Below are positions 1 to 12,826 of a DNA stretch of 64,000 nt, piece after piece. The stretch lies in assembly GCA_965112735.1 (NCBI GenBank), contig OZ218958.1:1798001-1862000 (forward strand), given 5' to 3'. This stretch comes from Phaeosaccion multiseriatum. Its lineage: Eukaryota > Protista > Ochrophyta, other classes. The translations under genes and the position numbers were made by a program. Within the stretch, counting starts at the first letter, position 1, and each line of letters opens with the position of its first letter. The notes beneath the pieces were generated by a model that was not told the origin of the DNA, did no database searches, and saw nothing but the letters and a program-made list of their open reading frames with translations.

Positions 1-1157
1 CCGCAGAGATGAGACGAGCGACGACGGCCTCGTGCCCATGGTGCGCTGCAATGTGGAGGGGTGAAGCGCCCTTGTTGGTCCTTTTGTCCACACGTGCTCC
101 CGCAGAGAGAAGCTTCTCCACCACGGCGTCGTGCCCTTCCTGACAGGCAATGTGAAGAGGAGTGACACCGTGGACGTCAGCCTTGTCGATGATGGCGTGG
201 GCCCTGATGAGCTGCTGTACGATGCCCGCATGCCCTTTGGCCGATGCCGCCAGAAGCGGAGTTCCCCCTACATCATTTGCGTGGTTCACATCCGCTTGGG
301 CTGAGATGAGGTGCCCTACAACAGAGCCATATCCGTTCTGAGAGGCAATCCAAATCGGAGAAAAGCCACGTTCCGCCACCAAGTCGACACTAGCACGCGC
401 CGTGAGCAGCTGCTGCACTGTCGTGGAGTGCCCCGTTCCTGATGCTGCAATCAAGGGAGTAACTCCTGTGTCATTCGCTTGGTCGACAGGGGCTCCCATG
501 TCCAACAGCCGCCTCACCACCTGATCGTGTCCGTTGCCGCTAGCGACTATCAACGGCGTGCGTTGAAAGGGTCCATCTCGGGCGCTGAAGGAGGCCCCTT
601 CCCGCAGCAGCAGGTCCATGACATCCAGCCGACCGTCTTGTGCAGCCACAAGCATAGCGGTATTTCCTTCTTCGTTGATAGGCTGATCCAAACTCGCTTT
701 ACCATGTTTGGCGATGAGCTTTCCAATCAGCGCTTTCACAGTGGGGAAGCTGTCTCCTCTGTCCAGGGCCTGCCCCAGCTGCCGCGCCTGGTGTTGTTGA
801 GCGAAACGAGAATGGGGGGGAGAGACGCATAAACATAGGCAATAAGGGATCAACAGGAAGCGGCTCACTGCTTCGATACGTGAGCATCCCACCGCAGCCA
901 TCGTATCCACAAAAACCACCCTCGCTTTTATTCACATCAGCCTCGTACTGTGCTTCAAACGCGGTGAAGAGACACGTACAGGGATCAGCAGAAAGCTGGT
1001 CACTGCATCGGAAGCGTTATGGGAGCTTCCTACTGCATCTGTCGTGTCTACCATCCTCCCCTGCCCCCTTGCGCTTCTCCTCTCTGAAGCACAGTGAGTC
1101 TTCCTGCAAGAGGGCGCTAGGTCGTACCTCGGGCGTTAACGTTGCCTGCTGCGCCAT
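1..1157 (-). CDS. Ankyrin-repeat protein, copy 1 (3' part outside the window)
   Basis: Exon 1 is 1157-1128 (MAQQATLTPE, donor GTACGA). Exon 2 starts at 787 (acceptor CACCAG) and is open to base 1. It contains repeated ankyrin motifs such as TPLIVASGNGH, TPLIAASGTGH, TPLLAASAKGH and TPLHIACQEGH. It is absent from the ORF track because it runs off the window. Confidence 0.9.
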
Positions 1158-1518
1158 GGTGAGCAAGCGGCCCCTCCCTTGAGACGGTAGTGCTGATAAG
1201 GGGCCCTTGGAGGGCTGCCTCACTACTGCGCAGTAGTCGGTTGCGCTGCTTGTCACGGCCTTCCGTGTGTGTGTATAAAGCTGTTGGAGGCCTCTGGAGG
1301 CATTGGGGGGCTTGAATGCTCTAATCACGGATCCCGATCTCCAGGGGGAGGCCCCTCTCCCTTTCGCTCTGCACCAAACCTTGGAAGAGAAAGATACGCT
1401 CGTGGGACATGGGGCACTGATGGCGTAGGCAGCACACGCAACACGCAGCCAGAGGAGGTGTAGTGGCTACGCGACACACGATCAAACAGACCGCAGCCAG
1501 CTCAGGGCAACGACAAGA

Positions 1519-4500
1519 ATGATCGACCAGGACACTTGCAAGGCCCATCCTTTGGAGGCCACTCTTGTGGCTGCTGCTGCGACGGCGGTTCCTGTTGCTG
1601 CTGCTGCCGCTTCTTCTCCATCCGTGCTGTTGCAGGGCGTGATGGGCTCATCCGCTGCACCACTTTTCTCCTCCGGTCCACTCAGCTTATCCCACGAGTC
1701 TCAAAAGGTGAGAAAAGGCTTTGCTGGAGGCTGTTGGTCATTCCCCTCCTCGCATCATGTCCGCTTCTACTCGCGGTACTTACCGGCCTAACCCTCTGCC
1801 TTCTTCCCACCCAAATCTCCGCCTCCCCTCCCTTCCACCTCTTTTCCTTCACGTCTTCCATCCACGCGGCTTCAAGGCCAAGCCTCAACCGGACTCCCAT
1901 GAGCGCCCCGGCTCCTCATCCGGCAGGGGGGGTGAAGGGGCTATCGCCCGAAGACGTCTTTGTGATGACTACCAAGAGACTGTGCCCCTCCTCCGCACTA
2001 GTCCAGTTCGCACAACGACTTCCCCAACCTTGATGCCGCTGGGAACATCCGAGAATGACGAGGGAGAAGGAGGGGTCAATGGAGGATGCGGGGCACAGAA
2101 CAAGGGGGGCTTTGGGGCAGCAGTAGCAACCGCTGGAGGAGAAGGAGCAGGGGGGAGCGGACGAGCAGCATCCGCGGCAGCAGCAGCACAAGCAGGAGCA
2201 GCAGGAGCAGTGGGAGGAGAAGGAGAAGGGCAAGCAGGAGCAGGAGCCGCTGTATGGACTCGTCTCCCTCCCGCGAGACCAGCGGAGCCCTTCACCTTCT
2301 CCCCCCTTCTCCTGCAGGGCCTGGGCATCAGCACTCCCTCCCCCGGTACGGCTCTGCCCTTCCAGCACCCCTGGACCGATTCCGAGGGCCTGGCCCCGTG
2401 GTGCACCACGAATGCGGAGTGGTGGCGACTGTGTGAGGGGTTCGTGAGCGAGCCAAGCTGTAAGCTCCCTGCTTTCGGCTAGATGCAGCCTCACCTCCTC
2501 TTTAGGAGAGCTCCACTCGCCCACTCGCTTCCCCTCCCCCGCCCACCCCACCTCCCATACCCCATATCCCACACCCCCACAGCCGCTCAAACTCGTTCAT
2601 TCTCCGGGCAGACAGGAGCTCCGCGTCGTCAGCGGGAGAAGGAAAGGGAGAAGGAGGGGGGGTGGGTAGCCGCATGCCGTCGCGAGGAGAGCATGTAGAC
2701 GAACTCGAAACCGAACTCGATGCCGATGCCGATGTCAATGTCGATGTCGAAGGCGCGCCCCTGGGGGAAGCAGGGGTGAGGGGTGCCTCCTTCTCTTTCT
2801 CCTCGTCCTCCCGCGCGGCCTTGTTGCAGCGCATGGGTCTCGCGATACCCAAGTTTGGCAGTGTGCAGCAGTATAAGACCTGCAGCGGGAGCTGGAGATG
2901 GTCAGGGGGGAGGAGGAGAAGGACTGCGCAGGAGGAGGGAGGACCGGAGCGACTAGAGGGCAGGGCTCTAGGCGGGGACAGACGACTCGGCCTGCCAGCG
3001 CTCGGCCTCGGATGGAGGGGGGCGCCGGGCAGACCCAGGGGGGGTAGGGTGAGCAGGTACGAAGGAAGCAAGTGGCTGTGGATGAAAGCTGAGGGCTGAA
3101 GGCTGAATGACAGCATGACAGCAGCTGTCAAGGCCGAGTGGGGATGGAGGGGGGTCGGTACCAGGATGTTGGGGGTGTTAGAAGTCGATATTTTGCTAGA
3201 CTGGTACCTACCCTCTGAATTCAGACCAGGAGGTAGACAAAGGCGCAAGGCGCCAAGGTGGATGATGAACAATTGAGCCCTTTTCGTCCCTCTTTCTCTC
3301 TGCCGCTCTATCTGTCGCTCTCGCTCTCTCTTATCTCTCCCTCTCTCGCTTTCTCTCCCTCCTTCTCCCTCTTTCGCCCCTCTCTCTCGCTCTCGTCACC
3401 TGCCTCTCTCTCCCACCGTTCCTCCCTCCCTCTCTCTCTCCTTTCCCCCCTTCCCCTCCCTCCGTTCGTGCGCCACAGATGCGCACCCCGCTCTGCTTCG
3501 ACTGCAGGCTAGGCAGCGCTCGCAGCGCCCGCGCCATGAAGAGGCGGAACGAACAGCGGCAGCAGCAGCGAGAGGCGGCAAGGGCGGCAGAGAGGGAGGT
3601 CTGCTGATGCGGGGGGCGGCGGCAGTTCTGCAGCAACAGCGGCAATCCGGCCAAGCCTCTGCGGTGAGGGAGGGGAGGGAGGGAGGGAGGGAGGGAGGGA
3701 GGGAGTGAGGGAGTGAGCGAGTGGGAGTGAATGGGTGCGGGAGGAAGTGAGGGAGCGAGAGCGGGGGAGTGGGGGAAGGAAGAAGGATAGCAGCGCCGCC
3801 AGCATGGCAGTGAGGTCTCGCAACAGAGAAGACAGCGACGTGTGTATTGAATATGAGTAATTCATGCCCTCGCACCCCGTACCCGGTCCTGTGTGTGCTC
3901 TGCTCCTCTGCTGCTCTGCCGCAGCATTCATGTCTGCTCGATCCTGCTCTAAGCGGCTCTATCCCACTCCTTTCTACTCCCCATCTCTCATCGCAAAGGC
4001 CAAGCTTCGGAGTCGTCGGGAGAAGCAGCAGCAGCGGCGAGCAGCCACCATCGCGGCGAAGACGTTGTGGGATCCAGCACGGCCAGAGGAGGAGCAAGGC
4101 CGGTGACGGCTGTTGCTGCTGTACCACCAACTGTTGTATCTCAAGACGATGTGCTGGAGTGGGGTAAGCAGATCGAGATGGCACTGGACAGGAGGGTAGA
4201 GCTCATCGAAGGCGGCAAGATGTTTGCCGTCAATGGAAGGTGAGGGGGGGGGAGGGGTGAAGGGGTGAGGGAGGGAGGGAGGGAGGGATATGGCAGAGGA
4301 TAGCGTATGCTATGGATCCAACGCACGAGGGGGTGTACCGACGAAACGATGGGGTGACTCCACGCAGCACGATGGTGCGCTCTGCTCTACCCCTCATGAC
4401 ATACGCTTCCTCCCTCCCTCCTTCCTTCCTTCCTTCCTTCCTTCGTTCGTTCGTTCGTTCGTTCGTTCCTTCCTTCCTTCCTTCCTTCCTTCCTTCCTTC

Positions 4501-5282
4501 CTTCCTTCCTTCCTTCCTTCCTTCCTTCCTTCCTTCCCTTTTTCCTTCCAGCCTTCCTTCCTTCCATCCTTCCTTCCTTCCTTCCCTTTTTCCTTCCAGC
4601 CTTCCTTCTTTCCTTCCTTCTTTCCTTCCACTCATCGACTTAGCGTTCACTCTGACGACCTTTCCTCCCCCTCTCTTCTCTCGCTCTCCACCCTCTCCAC
4701 CCTCTCCTCCCGCTCCCCTCTGTCCACCCGTTTCCCCCTTTCTCCCCTGCTGCCAGAGAACAAGTACGCATCATCGAAGAATGTCCTCCCGCCGCCGCCG
4801 CCGGAGCGCCTTCCCTGCACAGAGACCGTTCCAGATCGGTACAACAGCTTCGACCTGCCCCCTTGGACTCAGCGCGGAGCGGTCTGCGATCGTTCCGGGC
4901 CTCGCGATCCCCCGGGGCGGAGAGGAGGGGCCGGGAGGAGGATACTTTGGGTGGAGAGCCAGGGGGAGGGGGGAGCATGAGCCATCGGAGCGTTCCCAAT
5001 CTCGCCATTGGGGGGGGGGAGAGAAGCTCTGTCTCTGTGTCTGTCTATGGCTCCAACACGCAGGAGGAGGGGGAGTGGGGCGTCACAAATGGCTTCAGTA
5101 TCACCAACACCAGGGGCGGGAGAGGGGGTGGGAGGGGAGGACAAGGCATTGGACTTGGGTATCAGCAGAGGCCCATTGGACGCCCCGTCACAGGGACGGG
5201 CAGGAGAGAGAAGGAGGAGGTATCAGTGGTGTTAGTGGTGGTGGTGGCCGGGTTGGTGCTGGGCCGGCGTCAGCCCCTGTGA
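1519..5282 (+). pseudogene. Decayed multi-exon gene of unknown function, copy 1
   Basis: GT-AG exons at about 1519-1707, 1877-2459, 2583-3048, 3479-3663, 3999-4239 and 4757-5282, with compatible junction phases. Internal frame changes occur at the G-run near 2660, a 1-nt indel near 2875 relative to copy 2, and within exon 4. The product is low-complexity with no recognised domain. Confidence 0.55.
4410..4628. repeat. (CCTT)n/(CGTT)n intronic microsatellite
   Basis: Seen directly. The equivalent tract in unit 2 (about 11052-11115) is much shorter. Confidence 0.9.
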
Positions 5283-6367
5283 GTCGGGTGGGAGGGGTGA
5301 AGGCGGGGGTAGCGGGGGAGAGGAGGGAGGGACGCCGCGAGGGAGGGTAGCAGGAGGAGGGGCAAGAGGAGGGGTAGGAGGAAGAGGATGAGGAAGAGGA
5401 GGATGAGGACGAGGCGGGCACGGCAGGTAGACGAGGAACCCATCCTCACTCACTCACTCACTCGCTCACTCACCCGCGTATTCACTTTCTAGCTCTATTC
5501 TATAAGCGAAGTCCAGAGAGCAAATGCAATACACATACTTCTCCAAGGTCGAGAGGCAAGCAGCAAGATTCACAGATGGATATAATGGCGGCACTCCGTA
5601 TCCACTGCCCCCCCGCTGCCCTCTTCCGTCCGCTGGGAAACATGGCTCACCCGTACGCTTCTATCTGATCCCCACTTGATGTTGCCGACGGCAGGGCTCT
5701 CTTCACACGAGGGGGCACAAATAGAGACAAACAAGTAGCAGAGCACTGGGGAAGTCACTGAGCACCAGCTTATCTTGTTTACGTGAACTTTCGTAGTAGC
5801 AAAGTGTTTCATCAGTCACTGAGTACGCATAGACTCGATTGGGCGGAGCTTGCCTTTTGCCTCCACACGAGCACAACGCCCGCCTCGGACCTGGCGTTCA
5901 CCTTCGCCGTTGTGTATTTACCCATAAACACCCTTCTCTAAGCTACGACTCTTTGCTGTGCCCGCATGCCCCACCCAGGAAGGAAGCCCTCGGCCTCTAT
6001 CCATCGGGATTACACTCTCTTCCCTTCAAACGAACTGACCTTCCCTCCCCCCCCTCCCCTCCAGCTATACACTACATCCATTGGTCCCGTAAGCTACGAT
6101 ACACACGTGACTCCCCTCCCCCACCGGACCCCCTACCTCCTGTAATCCGCTCCTCTCTGCGACAGAGCATCGCAATCACTTCACCGCTCTTACACCAAGC
6201 CAGTGTGCCGTGGGCTGTCTCTCTCTCGCATCGCATCCTCATGTACAGGCTCACTCGCATGGGCTGCATGGCTGCTGGTGCAAGCGAGCAAGCTGGAGCG
6301 GTACTGTTTCGTTGCCAAAGTCGTCGTTGCCCCTACCAGCCCCACCTCACACATCCCTCCTGCTCGC

Positions 6368-7845
6368 TCAGCCCATCTCCTCCACCATGCTCTCCCACGT
6401 CTCGCTCCCCACACTCCAGGGCCTCTCCAGCGGCAGGATTCCGCTCTCCTTGCCGAAGGTCGGATCAGTCCTTCGCATGAGGTCCAGCGCGGTTTGGGAC
6501 CGGAAGAAGGCTGCTGCCGCCTCCATAAGTCGCTGCTCAATCTCGGCCTCGTCATTATGCAGCCGTGCCCCAGCCAAGGCCTTGCCCACTGAAGCACCGG
6601 CCGAGAGGAGCTGCCGCGCAGTCCCGTGGTGGTCTCTGAAGATGGCAGCAAGGAGGGGAGTCATACCGTTCGATGACGTGATATCAATGGGGGATCCCGC
6701 AGAGATGAGACGAGCGACGACGGCCTCGTGCCCATGGTGCGCGGCGAGGTAGAGGGGTGAATAGCCATTGTTGGTCCTTTCGTCTACACGTGCTCCCGCA
6801 GAGAGAAGCTTCTCCACCACGGCGTCGCGCCCTGCCTGACAGGCATGGTGAAGAGGAGTGACACTGTGGACGTCAGCCTTGTCGATGCTGGCGTGGGCCC
6901 TCATGAGCTGCTGTACGATGCCCGCATGCCCATTGAACGATGCCTGATGAAGCGGAGTTCTCCCTTGATTATCTGCGTGGTTCACATCCGCTAGGGCTGA
7001 GATGAGGTGCCTTACAACAGAGCTATGTCCGTTCTGAGAGGCCATCTGAATCGCAGAACAACCAGGTTCCGCCACCAAGTCGACACTAGCACGCGCCGAG
7101 AGCAGCTGCTGCACTGTCGTGGAGTGCCCCCTTCCTGATGCCATAATATCAAGGGAGTAACTCCTGTGCCACTCGCTTGGTCGACAGGGGCTCCCATGTC
7201 CAACAGCCGCCTCACCACCTGATCGTGTCCTTTGCCGCTAGCGGCTATCAATGGCGTCATTCTAAAGGGCCCGCCTCTGGTGCTGAAGGAGGCCCCTTCC
7301 CGCAGCAGAAGGTCCATGACATCCAGCCGACCGTCTCCTGCAGCCACACGCATTGCGGTATATCCTTCTTCGTTGATATGCTGATCCAAACTCGCTTTAC
7401 CATGTTTGGCGATGAGCTTCCCAATCAGCGCTTTCACAGTGGAGAAGCTCTCCCCTCTGTACAGGGCCTGCCCCAGCTGCCGCGCCTGGTGTTGTTGAGG
7501 GAAACGAGAATGGGGGGGAGAGACGCATATACATAGGCTATAAGGGATCAACAGGAAGCGGCTCACTGCTTCGATACGTGCGCATCCCACCGCAGCCATT
7601 GTATCCACAAAACACTCCCTCGCTCTGTTCTCTTCAAAAAGTCCATTTGTTTTCTCAAAAGCGGGGGGAGAGGCGCATACACCGGATTCAAAGGGATCAA
7701 CGGAGAGCTTTCCACTTCGTCGACACGTGAGCATCCCACCGCAGCTATCGTATCCGCAGAGGGACCTATTCTTTCCGATGGACACCTTCTCACACAGGAG
7801 GGCGCTAGGTCGTACCTCGGGCGTTAACGTTGCCTGCTGCGCCAT
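6368..7845 (-). pseudogene. Ankyrin-repeat protein, copy 2, with a 2-nt frameshift
   Basis: Exon 1 is 7845-7816 and exon 2 is 7485-6368 (1118 nt, not a multiple of 3). An extra AT near 7147-7149 (GCCATAATATCAAGG) splits ORFs 7012..7944 and 6368..7144 inside TPLI-MASGRGH. This could also be a sequencing error. Confidence 0.8.
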
Positions 7846-8201
7846 GGTGAGCAAGTGGTCCCACCCTTGAGACGGTAGTGCTGACAAGGGGCCCACAGAG
7901 GGCTGTCTCGCTACTACGCAGTAGTCGGTTGCGCTGTCTGTCACGGCCCTGCCCGTGTATAAAGCTGTTGGAGGCCTCTGGAGGCATTGGGGGGCTTGAA
8001 TGCTCTAATCACAGATGCCGATCTCCAGGGGGAGGCCCCTCTCCCTTTCGCTCTGCACCAAACCTTGGAAGAGAAAGATACGCTCGTGGGACATGGGGCA
8101 CTGATGGCGTAGGCAGCACACGCAACACGCAGCCAGAGGAGGTGTAGTGGCTACGCGACACACTATCAAACAGACCACAGCCAGCTTATGGCAACGCAAG
8201 A

Positions 8202-11200
8202 ATGATCGACCAGGACACTTGCAAGGCCCATCCTTTGGAGGCCATTCTTGTGGCTGCTGCTGCGACGGCGGTTCCTGTTGCTGCTGCTGCCGCTTCTTCT
8301 CCATCCGTGCTGTTGCAGGGCGTGATGGGCTCATCCGCTGCGCCACGTTTATCCTCCAGTCCACTCAGCTTATCCCACGAGTCTCAAAAGGTGAGAAAAG
8401 GCTTTGCTGGAGGCTGCTAGTCATTCCCCTCCTCGCATCATGTCCGCTTCTACTCGCGGTACTTACCAGCCTAACCCTCTGCCTTCTTCCCACCCAAATC
8501 TCCGCCTCCCCTCCCTTTCACCTCTTTTCCTTCACGTCTTCCATATCCACGCGGCTTCAAGGCCAAGCCTCAACCGGACTCCCATGAGCGCCCCGGCTCC
8601 TCATCCGGCAGGGGGGGTGAAGGGGCTATCGCCCGAAGACGTCTTTGTGATGACTACCAAGAGACTGTGCCCCTCCTCCGCACTAGTCCAGTTCGCACCT
8701 CGACTTCCCCTGTCTTGATGCCGCTGGGAACATCCGAGAATGACGAGGGAGAAGGAGGGGTCAATAGAGGATGCGGGGCACAGAACAAGGGGGGCTTTGG
8801 GGCAGCAGTAGCAACCGCTGGAGGAGAAGGGGCAGGGGGGAGCGGACGAGCAGCATCCGCGGCAGCAGCAGCACAAGCAGGAGCAGCAGGAGCAGTGGGA
8901 GGAGAAGCAGGAGCCCCTGTATGGACTCGTCTCCCTCCCGCGAGACCAGCGGAGCCCTTCACCTTCTCCCCCCTTCTCCTGCAGGGCCTGGGCATCAGCA
9001 CTCCCTCCCCCGCTACGGCTCTGCCCTTCCAGCACCCCTGGACCGATTCCGAGGGCCTGGCCCCGTGGAGCACCACGAATGCTGAGATGAGTGGTGGCGA
9101 GTGCGTGGGGGGTGCGTGAGCGAGCCAAGCTGTGAGCCCCCTGCTTTCGGCTAGATACAGCCTCACCTCCTCTTTAGGAGAGCTCCACTCGCCCATTCCC
9201 TTCCCCTCCACCGCCCACCCCACCTCCCATACCCCATATCCCACACGCCCACAGCCGCTCAAACTCGTTCATTCTCCGGGCAGACAGCAGCTCCGCGTCG
9301 TCAGCGGGAGAAGGAGCGGGAGAAGGAGAGGGGGTGGGTAGCCGCATGCCGTCGCGAGGAGAGCATGTAGACGAACTCGAAACCGAACTCGATGCCGATG
9401 CCGATGTCAATGTCGATGTCGAAGGCGCGCCCCTGGGGGAAGCAGGGGTGAGGGGTGCCTCCTTCTCTTTCTCCTCGTCCTCCCGCGCGGCCTTGTTTCA
9501 GCGCATGGGTCTCGCGATACCCAACTTTGGCCGTGTGCAGCAGTATGAAGAATTGCAGCGGGAGCTGGAGATGGTCAGGGGGGAGGAGGAGAAGGACTAC
9601 GCAGGAGGAGGGAGGACGCGAGCGACTAAAGGGGAGGGCTCTAGGCCGGGACAGACGACTCGGCCTGCCAGCGCTCGGCCTCGGATGGAGGCGGGCGCCG
9701 GGCAGACCCCGGGGGGGCAGGGTGAGCAGGTACGAAGGAAGCGAGTGGCTGTGGATGAAAGTTGAGGGCTGAAGTCTAAATCACAGCATGACAGCAGCTG
9801 TTAAGGCCGAGTGGGGATGGAGGGGGGTCGGTACCAGGATGTTGGGGGGGCGAAGGCGCAAAGGCGCCAAGGTGGATGATCAACAATTGAGTCCTCTTCG
9901 CCCTCCTTTCTCTCTGTCGCTCTCGCTCTCTCTGATCTCTCTCTCTCTCGCCTTCTCTCCCTCCTTCTCCGTCTCTCTCCCCTCTCTCTTTCTCTCGTCA
10001 CCTGCCTCTCTCTCCCACCGTTCCTCCCTCCCTCTCTCTCTCTCCTTTCCTCCCTCCCCCTCCCTCTGTCCGTGGGCCACAGATGCGTACAGCGCTATGC
10101 TTCGACAGCAGGCCAGGTAGCGCTCGCAGCGCCCGCGCCATGAAGAGGCGGAACGAACAGCGGCAGCAGTAGCGAGAGGCGCAGAGGGGGCAAGGGCGGC
10201 AGAGAGGGAGGGCTGCTGATGCGGGGGGCGGCGGCAGTTCTGCAGCGACAGCGGCAATCCGGTCAAGCCTCTGCTCTGCGGTGAGGGGAGGGAGGAAGGG
10301 AGGGAGAGAGTTGGTGATACAGAGGGAGGGAGTGAGGTAGAGAGAGCGGGGGTGGAAGTGTGAGGGAGTGAATGGGTGCGGGAGGAATCGAGGGTGAGAG
10401 CGGGGGGGGGAAGAAGGAAGAAGGATAGCAGTGTCGCCAGCATGGCAGTGAGGTCTCGCAACAGAGAAGACAGCGACGTGTGTATTGAATGAGTAATTGA
10501 TGCCCTCGCACCCCGTACCCGGTCCCACTTGTGCTCTGCTGCTCTGCTGCTCTGCTGCTCTGCCGCACCATTCATGTCTGCTCGATCCTGCTCTACGCGG
10601 CTCTATCCCACTCCTTTCTACTCCCCATCTCTCATCGCAAAGGCCAAGCTTCGGAGTCGTCGGGAGAAGCAGCAGCAGCGGCGAGCAGCCGCCATCGCGG
10701 CGAAGACGTTGTGGGATCCAGCACGGCCAGGGGAGGAGCAAGGCCGGTGACGGCTGTTGCCGCTGTACCACCAACTGTTGTATCTCGAGACGATGTGCTG
10801 GAGTGGGGTAAGCAGATCGAGATGGCACTGAACAGGAGGGCAGAGCTTGTCGAAGGTGGCAAGATGTTCGCCGTCAATGGAAGGTGAGGGGGGAGGAGGG
10901 GGAAGGGGTGAGGGAGGGAGGGGGTTGGGGATATGGCAGAGGATAGAGTATGCGATGGATCCAACGCACGAGGGGATGTACCGACGAAACGATGGGGTGA
11001 CTCCCCGCAGCACGATGGTGCGCTCTGCTCTACCCCTCATGACATACGCTTCCTCCCTCCCTCCCTCCTTCCTTCCTTCCTTCCTTCCTTCCTTCCTTCC
11101 TTCCTTCCTTCCTTCAAATCATTGACTTAGCGTTCACTCTGACGACCTCCTCCCCCCCTCTCTCCTCTTCTCCACCCTCTCCACCCTCTCCTCCTCCCCC

Positions 11201-11747
11201 TCCTCTCTGCCCACGCTTCCTCCCTTTTCTCCTCAGGGAACAAGTACGCTCATCGAAGAAGATCCTTCCGCCGCCGCCGCCGGAGTGTCTTCCTTGCACA
11301 GAGAACGTTCCAGATCTGTACAACCGCTTCGACGCGCACCCTTGGACTCCGCGCGGAGCGGTCTGCGACCGTTCCGGGCCTCGCGATCCCCCGGGGCGGA
11401 GAGGAGGGGCCGGGAGGAGGATAGGTTGGGTAGAGGGCCAGGGGGAGGGGGGAGCATGAGTCATCGGAGCGTTCTCAATCTCGCCATTTGGGGGGGGGGG
11501 AGAAGCTCTGCCTATGGCTCAACATTCAGGAGGAGGGGGAGTGGGGCGTCACAAATGGCTTCAGTATCACCAACACCAGGAGAGGGACGGGGCTGGGAGG
11601 GGAGGGCAAGGTATTGCACTTGGGTATCAGCAGAGGCCCATTGGAAGCCCCGTCACAGGGACAGGCAGGAGAGAGAAGGAGGAGGTATCAGTGGTGTTAG
11701 TGGTGGTGGTGGCCGGGTTGGTGCTGGGCCGGCGTCAGTCCCTGTGA
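8202..11747 (+). pseudogene. Decayed multi-exon gene, copy 2
   Basis: Collinear with 1519-5282 but with different lesions: a stop at 9117-9119 after an indel, an in-frame TAG at 10118-10120, and frameshifts in the last exon. Confidence 0.55.
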
Positions 11748-12826
11748 GTCGGGTGGGAGGGGTAAAGGCGGGGGTAGCGGGGGAGAGGAGGGAGGGACGC
11801 CGCGAGGGAGGGTAGCAGGAGGAGGGGCAAGAGGAGGAGTAGGAGGAAGAGGATGAGGAAGTGGAGGAAGAGGCAGGCACGGCAGGTAGACGGGGAACCC
11901 ATCCTCACTCACTCACCCACTCACTCATGCACCAAGTATTTACTTTCTAGCTCTATTCTATAAACGAAGTCCAGAGAGCAAATGCTATACACATGACTCT
12001 CCAAGGTCGAGAGGCAAGCAGCAAGATTCACAGATGGATACAATTGGGGCGCTGCGTATCCACTGCCTCCCCGCCACTCTCTTCCGTCCGCTGGGAAACA
12101 TGGCTCACCCGTACGCTTCTATCTGATCCCCACTTGATATTGCCGAGGGCAGGGCTCTCTTTGACGAGGGGGGCGAAATAGAGACCAAAAAGTAGCAGAG
12201 CACTGGGGAAGTCACTGAGTACTAGCTTATCTTGTTAGTTTACGTAATCTTTCGTAATAGCAAAGTGTTTCATCAGTCACTGAGTGCGCATAGACTCGAT
12301 TGGGGGGAGCTTGCCTTTGGCCTCCACACGAGCACAACCCCCGCCTAGGACCTGGCGTTCACCTTCGCCATTGTGTGATTAGCAGGGCAATACCCTTCTC
12401 TAAGCTGCGACTACTTGCTGTGCCCGCATGCCCCACCCTGGAAGCCCTCGGCCTCTATCCATCGGGATTACACTCTCCCCCCTTCAAACGAGCTGACCTT
12501 CCCTCTCACCCCCCCCCTCAAGCTGTACACTTCATCCATTGGTCCCGTAAGCTACGATACACACGTGACTCCCCTCCCCCCCCGGACCCCCTACCTCCTG
12601 TACTCCGCTCCTCTCTGCGACAGGGCATCGCAATCACTTCACCGCTCTTCCACCAAGCCAGTGTGCCGCGGGCAGTCTCTCTCTCTCTCTCGCATCCTGA
12701 TGTACAGGCTCACTCGCATGGGCTGCATGGCTGCTGGTGCAAGCGAGCAAGCTGGAGCGGTACTCTTTCGTTGCCAAAGTCGTCGTTGCCCCTACCAGCC
12801 CCACCTCGCACATCCCTCCTGCTCGC

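Noticed and set aside
7486-7944. N-terminal extension of ORF 7012..7944 as real protein
   Set aside because: It reads through an intron (7815-7486) that is not open in the other copies. The spliced MAQQATLTPE-ARQLG start is conserved in all three.
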